From: a bacterium
GTDB lineage: Bacteria; Patescibacteriota; Minisyncoccia; UBA6257; GWB1-50-10
DNA: 64,000 nt
NCBI GenBank assembly: GCA_021815205.1
Contig: JAKAHD010000003.1
Span: 27,239-91,238, forward strand
Direction: 5' to 3'
The notes below the pieces were generated by a model, which saw nothing but the letters and a program-made list of their open reading frames with translations, ran no database searches and was not told the DNA's origin. The position numbers and the translations under genes were made by a program. The first letter of the stretch is position 1. Every line of letters begins with the position of its first letter. This document shows positions 40,452-49,740 of this stretch, one piece after another.

Positions 40452-40752
40452 TGCCGCGGGGGTGAGTTGAACACCCGACGCCCGCCTCTTCCAAAGCGAC
40501 TGGACTATCTCATCACCCACCGCAACTAGATAAGAGTTGGGTGGGGCTGGGCGCTATTGCAGGATTATTGTTGGGACTCACCTGCTAGTCTCTACACCTT
40601 CCGAAGAACCGTAGCCCTCTTCGGCTTGGCTCGGGATTGTTTCTCATACAACATCGAGAAGTTTTCCCCGAGTTCACCCAGTTTTTAATTTTGCATTACT
40701 GCAAAATGCCCCAAAGATCTAGGGCGGCGCTCTACCGCTGAGCTACCGCGGC
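40452..40752 (-). tRNA. tRNA-Phe(GAA), intron-containing; exons 40752-40721 and 40491-40452
   Basis: Spliced: GCCGCGG TA GCTC AGCGGTA GAGC G CCGCC CT/GAA GA GGCGG GCGTC GGGTG TTCAACT CACCC CCGCGGC A. Confidence 0.92.
40492..40720 (-). ncRNA. Group I intron (229 nt) at tRNA position 33/34
   Basis: U at 5' splice site, terminal G, P1 GCCCU:GGGGC; core elements AACUCGGGGAAA, AAUCCCGAGCC, GUAGAGACUA, GAGAUAGUCCA. Confidence 0.9.
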
Positions 40753-40793
40753 ATATCCCGCGTTGCTTACTATACCAAAGGAGCTCCTCTCTT

Positions 40794-42020
40794 TCAATTC
40801 TTCATCGCCTCCACGACCCTCGAAACGCCGACCGCATAGGCGGCCATTCTGAAACTTATAGTATGGGATTCCTTGTATGCGAAGATTTCTTCAGATGCCG
40901 AGTTCATCTTCTTTTTTAACTCTTCAAACACTTTTTCCTTGCTCCAGTGCTCGTGATGCATATTCTGATACCACTCAAAATATGAAACACTCACGCCTCC
41001 CGAGTTCGCAAGCACGTCGGGAATAACGGGAATCCCCTTTTTCTCAAGTATCATATCCGCATCGCTCGTCACGGGGCCGTTCGCCATCTCGAGCACATAC
41101 TTCGCCTTGATGGCTTCCGCATTCTCCGAGGTAATCACGTTCTCGGTCGCGGCCGGAATAAACACGTCGACGGGGAGTGTAAGAAGATTGTCGTTTGAAA
41201 TCGCCGTGGTACCGGGCATCCCCTCAAGCGACCCGTGCGTTTTTTTGAACTCGATCGCGGCATCGACGTCGATTCCTTGATCGTTTTTGATCGCATGCTT
41301 CGAATCGGCAATCGCAATCACGCGGTAGCCGGCATCGTGCGCGTAACGCGCGGTATAATACCCGACATTTCCTATCCCCTGCACCGCAACCGTCGTCTGT
41401 TTCGGATCGAGATGTTCCCGCTCCGCGAGGTTCTGAAGCACATAAAACCCCCCAAGCCCCGTTGCCTCGGTTCTCCCCTCGCTGCCATCTTTTTCGAGCG
41501 GCTTTGCCGTAATGACCGCGGGAGCGTATCCGTGCGCGAGTTTTCCGTATTCATCCGCCATCCATCCCATCATCTCCGAGGTCGTGTACATATCAGGAGC
41601 AGGTATATCCTTCGTTGGTCCTATAATCTCATAGATCGCCCTAAGGTACGCACGGGAAAGGCGTTCTAGTTCAGATTCCGAAAGTGTCTTCGTATCAACT
41701 ATCACGCCGCCTTTCCCTCCACCGAACGGGATATCCGCAATCGCGCACTTCCACGTCATCCACATGGAGAGCGCGCGGATCTCCGAAGGGTTCACGAAAG
41801 GACTGAAACGGATGCCTCCCTTATAGGGACCCCGCACATTCGAGTGCTGGGCGCGATACCCCGTGAATAGTTTCACCGATCCGTCATCCATCGTGACGGG
41901 AAAGTGCACCTCGAGAAACTTGTCATGCACCGAGAGGCGCGTAACGATATCGGACGGAAGTTTTAATATCTCCGCGATTTTTTTGAGTTGTGCAACGCTC
42001 GTAGCGTAGGGATCATTCAT
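40794..42020 (-). CDS. gdhA: Glu/Leu/Phe/Val dehydrogenase
   Basis: GPYKGGIRF, PFGGGKGG, DIPAPD, GIGNVG, ANSGGVSVSYFEW. Confidence 0.9.
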   Translation of the reverse strand: MNDPYATSVAQLKKIAEILKLPSDIVTRLSVHDKFLEVHFPVTMDDGSVKLFTGYRAQHSNVRGPYKGGIRFSPFVNPSEIRALSMWMTWKCAIADIPFGGGKGGVIVDTKTLSESELERLSRAYLRAIYEIIGPTKDIPAPDMYTTSEMMGWMADEYGKLAHGYAPAVITAKPLEKDGSEGRTEATGLGGFYVLQNLAEREHLDPKQTTVAVQGIGNVGYYTARYAHDAGYRVIAIADSKHAIKNDQGIDVDAAIEFKKTHGSLEGMPGTTAISNDNLLTLPVDVFIPAATENVITSENAEAIKAKYVLEMANGPVTSDADMILEKKGIPVIPDVLANSGGVSVSYFEWYQNMHHEHWSKEKVFEELKKKMNSASEEIFAYKESHTISFRMAAYAVGVSRVVEAMKN

Positions 42021-42081
42021 ATACCTCGAAAGACAAACTCTTATATCTTACCTTTCGGTTATGAGGAATATTACCCTTGTG

Positions 42082-42155
42082 CGCCCCCGCCAGGACTTGA
42101 ACCCGGAACCTTCTCCTTAGAACGGAGCCGCTCTATCCAGTTGAGCTACAGGGGC
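42082..42155 (-). tRNA. tRNA-Arg(TCT)
   Basis: GCCCCTG/CGGGGGC acceptor, loop GTTCTAA, TTCAAGT T-loop. Confidence 0.9.
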
Positions 42156-42202
42156 CCTCCTGATGTACAATATATATTCCCTCATCTAGAATGTAAACAA
42201 AT

Positions 42203-42586
42203 TGGAGAGTAGCACCCGTCTGCAACGCATATGCGTAGCATTGCGGGCAGGTACCGGCAGTACGTCTGCTTCTTGCCCGCCCACCTTTCGTATCGGGATA
42301 TAGTGTAACGGTAGCACGAGTCCTTTGGGAGGATTTAGTCTCGGTTCAAGTCCGAGTATCCCGACAAAAATCAATTACCGCACCGCGAGCCGTGCGGTAT
42401 GAAAGAAACCCTTCGACTCGCCTCCGGCTCGCTCAGGGTATTTTTCTCCTGCCATTCATCCTCGCCGCGAGCGGCGAGGTATTCTGATGAAAAATAAAAG
42501 GTGGGCGGGTGAAGGAGCAGGTAGACCGGGTTCCTCGCCTGCTATGCATATGCGTAGCAGGCGGGCAGGGATTCCCGGCTCTCCGA
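42203..42586 (+). pseudogene. Fragmented tRNA (Pro-like) interrupted by three palindromic insertions
   Basis: TGGAGAG/CTCTCCG-A acceptor, TCTGC/GCAGG anticodon stem, CCGGG-TTC[36 nt]GATT-CCCGG T arm. Confidence 0.7.
42294..42364 (+). tRNA. tRNA-Pro(TGG)
   Basis: CGGGATA/TATCCCG-A, AGTCC-TTTGGGA-GGATT, CTCGG-TTCAAGT-CCGAG. Confidence 0.93.
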
Positions 42587-42661
42587 CAAATTTTTCTCGC
42601 CGAATAAACCCACACCTTCGCCGCAGGGTATCCTGAGGGTGTACAGTACGCAGGAGATCTC

Positions 42662-44215
42662 CTATTCTTCCGCGAGGAGTTGCGGCAGTACACTCTCCCC
42701 CGTCATTTCTTTGGGTTTCGGAATCCCCATAAGATCGAGGATTGTGGGCGCCACATCCGAGAGCATTCCAATTGTTGGGATGGGTGCCATGGGATCGATG
42801 GGATTCTTCTTTTGAAACTGCCTGCCGACAAGATAGATCGGCACGGGACTCGCGTCATGCTTCGTCTCCGGCTCTCCCGTCTTCAGATCAAGGAGTTTCT
42901 CGGCATTCCCGTGATCCGATGTGACGATCATGATACCGTCCTCCTCGAAGATCGCCTTCACGAGCTTCCCCACTTCCTCGTCGATAATTTTCACCGCCCG
43001 AAGCGTCGCCGCGTAATTCCCCGTGTGCGCGATGATGTCGGGGTTCGCGTAGTTTACAAGAATAAAATCATACGTTCGCTCATGAAGCGCCGCGAGGACG
43101 CGGTCGGTAATCGGGCCCGCCATCATCTCGGGATGCTCATCGTGCCGCACGACGCTCTGCGAAGGCAGGAGCACTCGGAATTCATTTTTGTACGGCGTCT
43201 CTTTCAATCCGTTAAAGAAGTAGGTGATGTGCGCATACTTTTCTGTCTCCGCGATCCGGAGCTGGGTCTTTCCCTCGTCCGACAACACTTTCCCGAGGGG
43301 ATACTCTATAACCTCGTCCGGAAAAGCGACCTCCGCCTTGAGCGACGGGTCGTACTCCGTCATCGTAACGATGTGCGCATTTCCGTACGGGTGCACGGAG
43401 AAGTGAGCAAATCCGGGATCCGTAAATGCGCGCGCGAGTTCCCGCATTCTGTCTTCTCTGAAGTTGAAAAAGATAATCGAATCACCGTCCCGTATCGGAT
43501 GCGGCGTTCCTATAACCGAAGGGATGATGTATTCATCGCTCAAATCGCGCGCGTATGCCTCCTGCGCCGCATCATGAATCGTGGTACTTTTCCCCTTCGC
43601 TTCCGTGAGCACGCGGTACGCCATCTCGAGCCGATCCCAATGCTTGTCGCGATCCATACCGTAGTAACGCCCCCCGATGCTCGCGATATGCGGCATGACG
43701 TCGATCCCCGTTCTCCGTGAGAGCTCGCCCACGAGCCTTTCGACTGACTGCGGCGCGCTGTCCCTTCCATCCGAAAAAAGCTGGAGAAAGAACGGCACGT
43801 TTTTCTCTTTCGCGATTGCAATAAGCGCGACGAGATGATCGAGCGATGCATGCACATTTCCCTCGGAAAGAAGCCCCACAAGGTGCACCGCGCTCGCATG
43901 CGCCTCCGCATACGCGAACGCCTCCTGAAGCATGGAATTTTTTGAGAAACTTCCGTCCTGTATCGCGAGTGAGATTCTTGGAAAGTGCTGATACATCACC
44001 TTCCCCGCGCCCATCGTGAGATGCCCCACTTCGCTGTTCCCTTCTTCCTCCCACGGAAGCCCTACCGAGATGCCCGAGGCCTGGAGCGCCCCGGTCGGAA
44101 AATGGCTCCGCAAGTATTGCATCACCTGCGGCGCGGCGCGATAGATCGGATTACTTTCATCCAAGGCCCCGATGCCCCATCCGTCCAAGACGACGAGCAA
44201 AAGCGTGCGTTTCAT
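42662..44215 (-). CDS. gpmI: 2,3-bisphosphoglycerate-independent phosphoglycerate mutase
   Basis: LDGWG, GNSEVGH, MDRD, AETEKYAH, SDHGNAE. Confidence 0.95.
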   Translation of the reverse strand: MKRTLLLVVLDGWGIGALDESNPIYRAAPQVMQYLRSHFPTGALQASGISVGLPWEEEGNSEVGHLTMGAGKVMYQHFPRISLAIQDGSFSKNSMLQEAFAYAEAHASAVHLVGLLSEGNVHASLDHLVALIAIAKEKNVPFFLQLFSDGRDSAPQSVERLVGELSRRTGIDVMPHIASIGGRYYGMDRDKHWDRLEMAYRVLTEAKGKSTTIHDAAQEAYARDLSDEYIIPSVIGTPHPIRDGDSIIFFNFREDRMRELARAFTDPGFAHFSVHPYGNAHIVTMTEYDPSLKAEVAFPDEVIEYPLGKVLSDEGKTQLRIAETEKYAHITYFFNGLKETPYKNEFRVLLPSQSVVRHDEHPEMMAGPITDRVLAALHERTYDFILVNYANPDIIAHTGNYAATLRAVKIIDEEVGKLVKAIFEEDGIMIVTSDHGNAEKLLDLKTGEPETKHDASPVPIYLVGRQFQKKNPIDPMAPIPTIGMLSDVAPTILDLMGIPKPKEMTGESVLPQLLAEE

Positions 44216-44509
44216 ATTCTTTATCTTACCAAGAGATGGATGAAAAGCGTAGTTTGTACCGTAGCACAGCAAAGAAGCTTTTCGAATATAGAAGCAGATA
44301 ACCTGCCCGAATGACCGTCATTCGGTCGGGCGGGCGCAGAAATACACGCGGATAGACGCAGATAATGTTTCTGCGTTTTCTGCGTGCTCGTGGCGTTCTG
44401 CTTCTACGATACAAATCCTTGCAAAGTGTTTCTCACCCTCCTATACTTCATAGGGAGAACAATCAACAAAAGTCGATGCAAAACAATAGAAATCAAATTT
44501 TTATCACCT

Positions 44510-46033
44510 ATGAATCTTACCCCCTTAGAGGCGGGCGGCTTGGCGATCATCGGACTCGCAGTCGGATATGCGATCCGCTTTGGCATCGCGAAGAAACTCC
44601 GGGGTTCTCTCGAGCAGAAAGCCGAGGAGGAACTCGAGGCCGCAAAAAGTAAAGCGAAGGAGATCATCGTCGAAGCAAGAAACGAAGCTACGTTGGTTCT
44701 TGCTCAAGCCCAAAAAGACGAGCGCGAACGAAAGCAGGAGCTCCGTCGCCTCGAGGAGCGCCTCACAAAGAAAGAAGACTCACTCGATGAGCGCGCCCGC
44801 GAATTCGACGCCCAGCTCATAGGCCTTTCAGCTAAAGAGAATAAGCTTAAAGAACTCGAGGAGGAGATAAAAGGCCTTCATGAAAAAGCGGTTGGTGAAC
44901 TTGAGCGCGTCGCGGGACTCTCGCGCGAAGACGCGAAGCAAGCGATCTTCGAGGAACTTGAAACCTCATACCGCAAAGAACTTACGGGCGACCTCGTGCG
45001 TCTTGAGCGTGAACGCAGGGATGCAATCGAGGCAAAAGGCATGGAGATCCTTGAAACCGCGATCCAGCGGTACGCGAGAAACTCGATCGCAGACGTGACG
45101 ACGAGTATCGTGAACCTCCCCGACGAAGATATTAAAGCGAAGATCATCGGCCGCGAAGGAAGGAATATTCGCACGTTCGAGCGGCTTACGGGCGTCGAAC
45201 TTATCATCGACGAGACGCCGGAGAGCGTGATCCTCTCCTCGTTCGATCCCATGCGCCGCGAACTCGCAAAGATGGCGCTTGAAAAACTTCTCAAGGACGG
45301 GCGTATTCAGCCCGCAAAAATCGAGGAGAAGGTTGAGGAGGCGCGGCGGGAACTCGAGGACAGGGTTCAAAAAATCGGAGAGGAAGCGGTATACGAAGTG
45401 GGAATCCTCGATCTTCCGAAAGAAATTATCTATCTCTTGGGACGCCTGAACTTCCGCACGAGCTACGGGCAGAACGTGCTCCTGCACTCGATCGAGATGG
45501 CGCATATTTCAGGGATGATCGCCTCGGAACTGGGGCTTAACCCCGAGATCGCGAAGAAAGGAGCGCTCCTCCACGACATCGGAAAGGCGGTGGACCACGA
45601 AGTTGAAGGGACGCACGTCGAGATCGGGCGCAAGCTTCTTAAAAAGTACAACGTACAGGAGGAGGTGATCCGCGCGATGGAATCTCATCACGACGATTAC
45701 CCTTTCTCGTCGCCCGAGTCCTATATCGTCGCGGCGGCGGACGCGATCTCCGCGGCGCGTCCCGGCGCGCGGCGCGATACGCTTGAGAAGTACATCAAGC
45801 GGCTCGAGGACATCGAAAAGACGGTGAACGAGTTCGACGGCGTGAAGCAATCCTATGCGGTTTCCGCGGGGCGCGAGGTACGCGTCTTCGTGGTACCCGA
45901 AAAAATCGACGATTTCGGGGCGCTGGAACTTGCAAAAAAGATCGCACAAAAAATTCAAACGAACGTGCAGTACCCCGGCGAAATCAAAGTAACGGTGATA
46001 CGGGAGGTGAAGGCGGTGGAGTATGCGAGATAG
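44510..46033 (+). CDS. rny: Ribonuclease Y
   Basis: N-terminal TM, coiled coil, KH (IIGREGRNIR), HD (LLHDIGKA), SAARPGAR. Confidence 0.96.
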   Translation: MNLTPLEAGGLAIIGLAVGYAIRFGIAKKLRGSLEQKAEEELEAAKSKAKEIIVEARNEATLVLAQAQKDERERKQELRRLEERLTKKEDSLDERAREFDAQLIGLSAKENKLKELEEEIKGLHEKAVGELERVAGLSREDAKQAIFEELETSYRKELTGDLVRLERERRDAIEAKGMEILETAIQRYARNSIADVTTSIVNLPDEDIKAKIIGREGRNIRTFERLTGVELIIDETPESVILSSFDPMRRELAKMALEKLLKDGRIQPAKIEEKVEEARRELEDRVQKIGEEAVYEVGILDLPKEIIYLLGRLNFRTSYGQNVLLHSIEMAHISGMIASELGLNPEIAKKGALLHDIGKAVDHEVEGTHVEIGRKLLKKYNVQEEVIRAMESHHDDYPFSSPESYIVAAADAISAARPGARRDTLEKYIKRLEDIEKTVNEFDGVKQSYAVSAGREVRVFVVPEKIDDFGALELAKKIAQKIQTNVQYPGEIKVTVIREVKAVEYAR

Positions 46034-46340
46034 CTACGAAATACGAAAACATACGAATATACGAAAGAAAGTACGCCTCATCTTGCCAAAATTAACATGG
46101 AACTTGTGTATAATTCTTGCATAGCGGGACGTTTTTCTTTAATTTGGTTCCATATTCGTATATTCGTAGAAAATTCGTATTTCGTAGCAAAAGAGTAGGA
46201 AAACAGAGGGTGGTCTGCTATAATAAACCCGTAAAGAAAAAGGTCGGAGGTTGGCTACGAAATACGAAAACATACGAATATACGAAAGTGCCGAATGCGC
46301 AATCGATTTGTATATTCATACTTCATTCGTAATTCGTAGA
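46033..46340. repeat. Two TACGAA/TTCGTA inverted-tract elements around the HU promoter region
   Basis: GCTACGAAATACGAAAACATACGAATATACGAAAG repeated at 46033 and 46254; inverted arms at 46152-46187 and ~46305-46339. Confidence 0.85.
46216..46224 (+). promoter_or_regulatory. Extended -10 element upstream of HU
   Basis: TGCTATAAT. Confidence 0.5.
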
Positions 46341-46347
46341 GAAACAT

Positions 46348-46623
46348 ATGAAAAAAGACGGATTGGTCGAGGCGGTGATGAAAAACGCCGGAATCGAGAC
46401 CAAGAAACAGGCAACCCAGGCGGTTGAAGCGGTATTCGACGCTATCGTAAAGACGATGTCGCGCGGCGAAGAGGTGGCAATCACCGGATTCGGCACCTTC
46501 CGCGTTGCGAAGCGCGCGGCGCGCATGGGCGTAAACCCCAAGACCGGCGAAAAAATTCAAATTAAGGCTTCGACGAAACCGAAGTTCCGCGCCGGGAAAC
46601 TCTTGAAGGAAGCGGTATTGTAA
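46348..46623 (+). CDS. hup: DNA-binding protein HU
   Basis: GFGTF, ARMGVNPKTGE, KFRAGK.LKEAV. Confidence 0.96.
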   Translation: MKKDGLVEAVMKNAGIETKKQATQAVEAVFDAIVKTMSRGEEVAITGFGTFRVAKRAARMGVNPKTGEKIQIKASTKPKFRAGKLLKEAVL

Positions 46624-46646
46624 CCTGACTCTTGTGAGCTTAAAAA

Positions 46647-46692
46647 ATCAAAAAACTCCCTCCGCCAACCGGCGGATGAGGAGTTTTTTGAT
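46647..46692. terminator. Bidirectional terminator-like hairpin with embedded TCCGCC/GGCGGA palindrome
   Basis: ATCAAAAAACTCC...GGAGTTTTTTGAT between convergent genes. Confidence 0.7.
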
Positions 46693-46712
46693 GCTACTAC
46701 TGTTCGTTGGCC

Positions 46713-47612
46713 CTACTGGCCGAGCAACTTCCTCACTAAGTTGCTAATATCGATAAAATTCTGATACGCGCCTTTGATGCGATCAAGGGACGACCGTATC
46801 ACGTCCTTTATCGATATCGCGGGTTGGGATGGGAGGGTAGACGTCGCGTGCTGCGCCGTCGACGAGGGGGTTGAGGTCGCACTCTGGATCGGGATCGAGG
46901 TTGCGGTTCCGGTTGCCATCTCGTTCGTGCTCGTCACCACGTACTGGGCGACGAATGCGGTAGCGGCCTTCCGGTTCAGATTAGCCGCATCCGCGATCGC
47001 CCTACCGGCGCTCGCGACGAGTGCGCCGAAGTGCTTTCCTTGGGGCGCATATCCCAAGGAGGAGAGGTTCTCATTTATTTTCTGAAGGCGCAATGATGCA
47101 ATTTGAATCGCCTTCGCCTCCTGTTTCAAAAGAATGAAATCTTGGATCTGGGTCACGAGCGGAATATAAGTCGCGTCCCTCCAACTTTTGAAATCTTCCG
47201 CAATGCGCTTAATCTTCGCCGCATCGACGGAACTCGGATCGCTTACAAGACTCCGTTCCGAATCGTAGTAGACGAGCGCCTTCGTGAGCCCGTCAAGCGC
47301 CTGTTGTTTCCACGGCTCGAAGGCATCGTCCTTGTCAATCGTGAGTAGTTTATACTCATAGTCCTTCGCCTCCGCTGAGGAAAGATCGAGCACTTGCTTG
47401 AAGGTTTCGATGCGGAGCGTGGTATCGTTCGCCGCATTATCATCTTTTGCGGTCACGAGATCGTCAATGTACGCTTTGGCGCTCTCCAGCGCTTTCTGCA
47501 CGGGAGGAGTCGAGGTGCCGCTCGCGGCATACGCGGAGGAGGGCGCCCGCCCAAAAATTCCCATCGCGAAGAGGGCGAGAATTGATAGGACTATGAGAGG
47601 TTGCTTTTGCAT
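46713..47612 (-). CDS. Hypothetical secreted helical protein
   Basis: Signal peptide, ATST low-complexity linker; operonic with ECF sigma. Confidence 0.7.
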   Translation of the reverse strand: MQKQPLIVLSILALFAMGIFGRAPSSAYAASGTSTPPVQKALESAKAYIDDLVTAKDDNAANDTTLRIETFKQVLDLSSAEAKDYEYKLLTIDKDDAFEPWKQQALDGLTKALVYYDSERSLVSDPSSVDAAKIKRIAEDFKSWRDATYIPLVTQIQDFILLKQEAKAIQIASLRLQKINENLSSLGYAPQGKHFGALVASAGRAIADAANLNRKAATAFVAQYVVTSTNEMATGTATSIPIQSATSTPSSTAQHATSTLPSQPAISIKDVIRSSLDRIKGAYQNFIDISNLVRKLLGQ

Positions 47613-47618
47613 CGGCAG

Positions 47619-48077
47619 TTAAAAAATTACTCTATTAAGAAGCGTGTCGATCTGGGGGTTGCTGCTTGTTCCCGGGTTCTGATTGATGGTCTGCTGTTCG
47701 GCTTTCAGTACACGCTGATTCAAATGGCGCATTGCATTAGTCGAAATCTCGGAGAGCGCCGATGCGATCGTCTGATCAACGCTCTGCTGATATGATATCG
47801 CTTGCAGGGCGACGTTGATCTTTAAATTATTAAACTCCTGATGCAACGCCTCCGGGGTCGCAAGCGCGGTTGCGGCGCGCTTGCTATGCACCAACGAGGA
47901 AAAACCGACGATCGAGACGGCGAGCATCGCGACCGCCGTCGCCCACATCGAGAGAAGCCCCCACGCGGGCGGCATAGCCGGACGAACCGCCAAGATACCG
48001 CGGCGAGACGCTGCGACGAACGCTTCGTCCGGTGCGATGTTCGCGAGCATCTTCAGTTGCCGTTTAAGATTGTCCAT
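47619..48077 (-). CDS. Hypothetical single-TM protein, putative anti-sigma factor
   Basis: Overlaps the ECF sigma stop; one TM. Confidence 0.6.
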   Translation of the reverse strand: MDNLKRQLKMLANIAPDEAFVAASRRGILAVRPAMPPAWGLLSMWATAVAMLAVSIVGFSSLVHSKRAATALATPEALHQEFNNLKINVALQAISYQQSVDQTIASALSEISTNAMRHLNQRVLKAEQQTINQNPGTSSNPQIDTLLNRVIF

Positions 48078-48615
48078 AACGTTCGTTGATATATTTTTTG
48101 AGTTGTTTCAGCGCACGGTGCTGGATAACCCGTATCGCCCCTTCGGTTTTTTCGAGTGCGGAGGCCATCTCCTTATTCGTCTTCTCTTCAATAAATTTCA
48201 TAATGAGCACGTCCTGGTACACCGGCTCGAGGAGCCCGAGGCACTCCCGAATCCTTCCGAGATCGAGTGCGATATCAAACTTCTCCTCCTCGGATGTGGG
48301 GGAAACCACCACATGTTCCGGTACCTGTTCGAGCGCCACCACCGGCTTTGCCATACGGTAGTAATCAATGACCGCATTTCGAGCGATCCGATAGAGCCAG
48401 CTCGAGAAGGGAAACCCTTTGAACTCGTAGCGCTTGATATTTTTCCACGCGTTCAGGAAAACCTCGTGGGTGATGTCTTCCGCATCCCCTTTCTTCCCGC
48501 CAATTTTAAGAAAGACGAAACGATAAATTGCGGATACGTGACGATCATAGAGAATTCCAAAGGCCTCTTCTTTGCCCTCTTTTGCTTTCTCTATGAGCTT
48601 TTCTTCGTCTTTCAT
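48064..48615 (-). CDS. ECF-family RNA polymerase sigma factor
   Basis: AEDITHEVF, FSSWLYRIARN.VIDYYR, GAIRVIQHRALKQLK. Confidence 0.92.
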   Translation of the reverse strand: MKDEEKLIEKAKEGKEEAFGILYDRHVSAIYRFVFLKIGGKKGDAEDITHEVFLNAWKNIKRYEFKGFPFSSWLYRIARNAVIDYYRMAKPVVALEQVPEHVVVSPTSEEEKFDIALDLGRIRECLGLLEPVYQDVLIMKFIEEKTNKEMASALEKTEGAIRVIQHRALKQLKKYINERYGQS

Positions 48616-48732
48616 AGGATAGAACGATGCATGCGCCTCTTTGTTTCTCAACTCAAAAAGAGAACTGTAACGACCCTGTAACGTTACAGAAGACCCCGAC
48701 TTCCTCATGGTAGCAGAGGGGGGTGGATTGGG

Positions 48733-48875
48733 CTACCCAATTAGTCTCTTTCTCCGGAATGCAATGCCCGATGAGGTCTTCAAATACAATTCAAACGCCA
48801 CCGCTTTTTTCTTATTCAGAAAACCACAAACCCAGATAATTTTCCATGGCATGAACTTTGAGGTGTGTTTATTGG
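48733..48875 (-). pseudogene. C-terminal fragment of a small GIY-YIG endonuclease
   Basis: HTSKFMPWKIIW..F..KKKAVAFELYLKTSSG.AF..KRL; N-terminal GIY/YIG motifs replaced by repeat DNA. Confidence 0.7.
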
Positions 48876-49508
48876 CGCAGCGTAGCGAGTGAAATGCAAA
48901 AGTGAAACTTTTGCGTTTCCGAGCACGCAAGCCAAGAAGGGGTTTAATGCCCCGCGGCGTGCCGCAACGGAAGTGCGCGAAGCACTCCATTATACTGGGC
49001 CCCGAGGTCGGATACCCTTCATTTGCGCCACTATTAAGAATTTAAAAACGGGCGCACGCAAAAACAAAAAATGTAAAGGCAATTTTTCTGCGAGGCAGCG
49101 CCGCTTGGCGGCACGGCGACGGGGCGGAGAGCGTGCGATTTAGTTTCGCTTCACCACGCGCTCCGCGCGTGGCACATTGTCAGCGATTTTGAAAATAGGT
49201 GCGAGCTTGGTAAAATAGAGACACACATCATAAAGAAACCACCCCTCGCGATTGAGGGTGGTTTCTTTTGAGTGCGGAATGGGAGAATCTCACTGCTCGC
49301 TCCTCGATAAATCCCGTTAGAAGCTCACGCGGGGCTTTCTGCTTCTAACGGGATAAACTCGGAGCTGCGCCTTGAGAACCCTCGGTTCTCAATACTCTCC
49401 AACACGGGGAACCGACCACGGTTCCCCGACCCCCTCCACTTGTTCGACTCTCCCATATGCTCACAAGAAAACCATCTGCACGAATACAGATGGTTTTCTT
49501 GTGAGCAG

Positions 49509-49579
49509 TGCGGAATGGGAGAGTCGAACTCCCGACTTCAGTTTGGAAAACTGACATTTTACCGCTAAACTAATCCCGC
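49509..49579 (-). tRNA. tRNA-Gly(TCC)
   Basis: GCGGGAT/ATTCCGC, TCAGT-TTTCCAA-ACTGA, GGGAG-TTCGACT-CTCCC. Confidence 0.93.
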
Positions 49580-49740
49580 CTACTCCGCCTTCGTCGGATC
49601 CGGCGGGCAAGCCCGCAAAAAGACGCGAAGGGCGAAGTTTCTTTTTACTGTACCATAGTGCCTAAAAATAAGATCGGGTGCAAGAAGATGCCCCGCATGG
49701 AAATGCCAGAAATCCTATGCTATCATCGAAGGAGAATGAT

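Noticed and set aside
42294-42364. tRNA-Gln(TTG) reading
   Set aside because: Only the AGTCC/GGATT stem pairs, placing TGG in the anticodon; C1-G72 and A73 fit Pro
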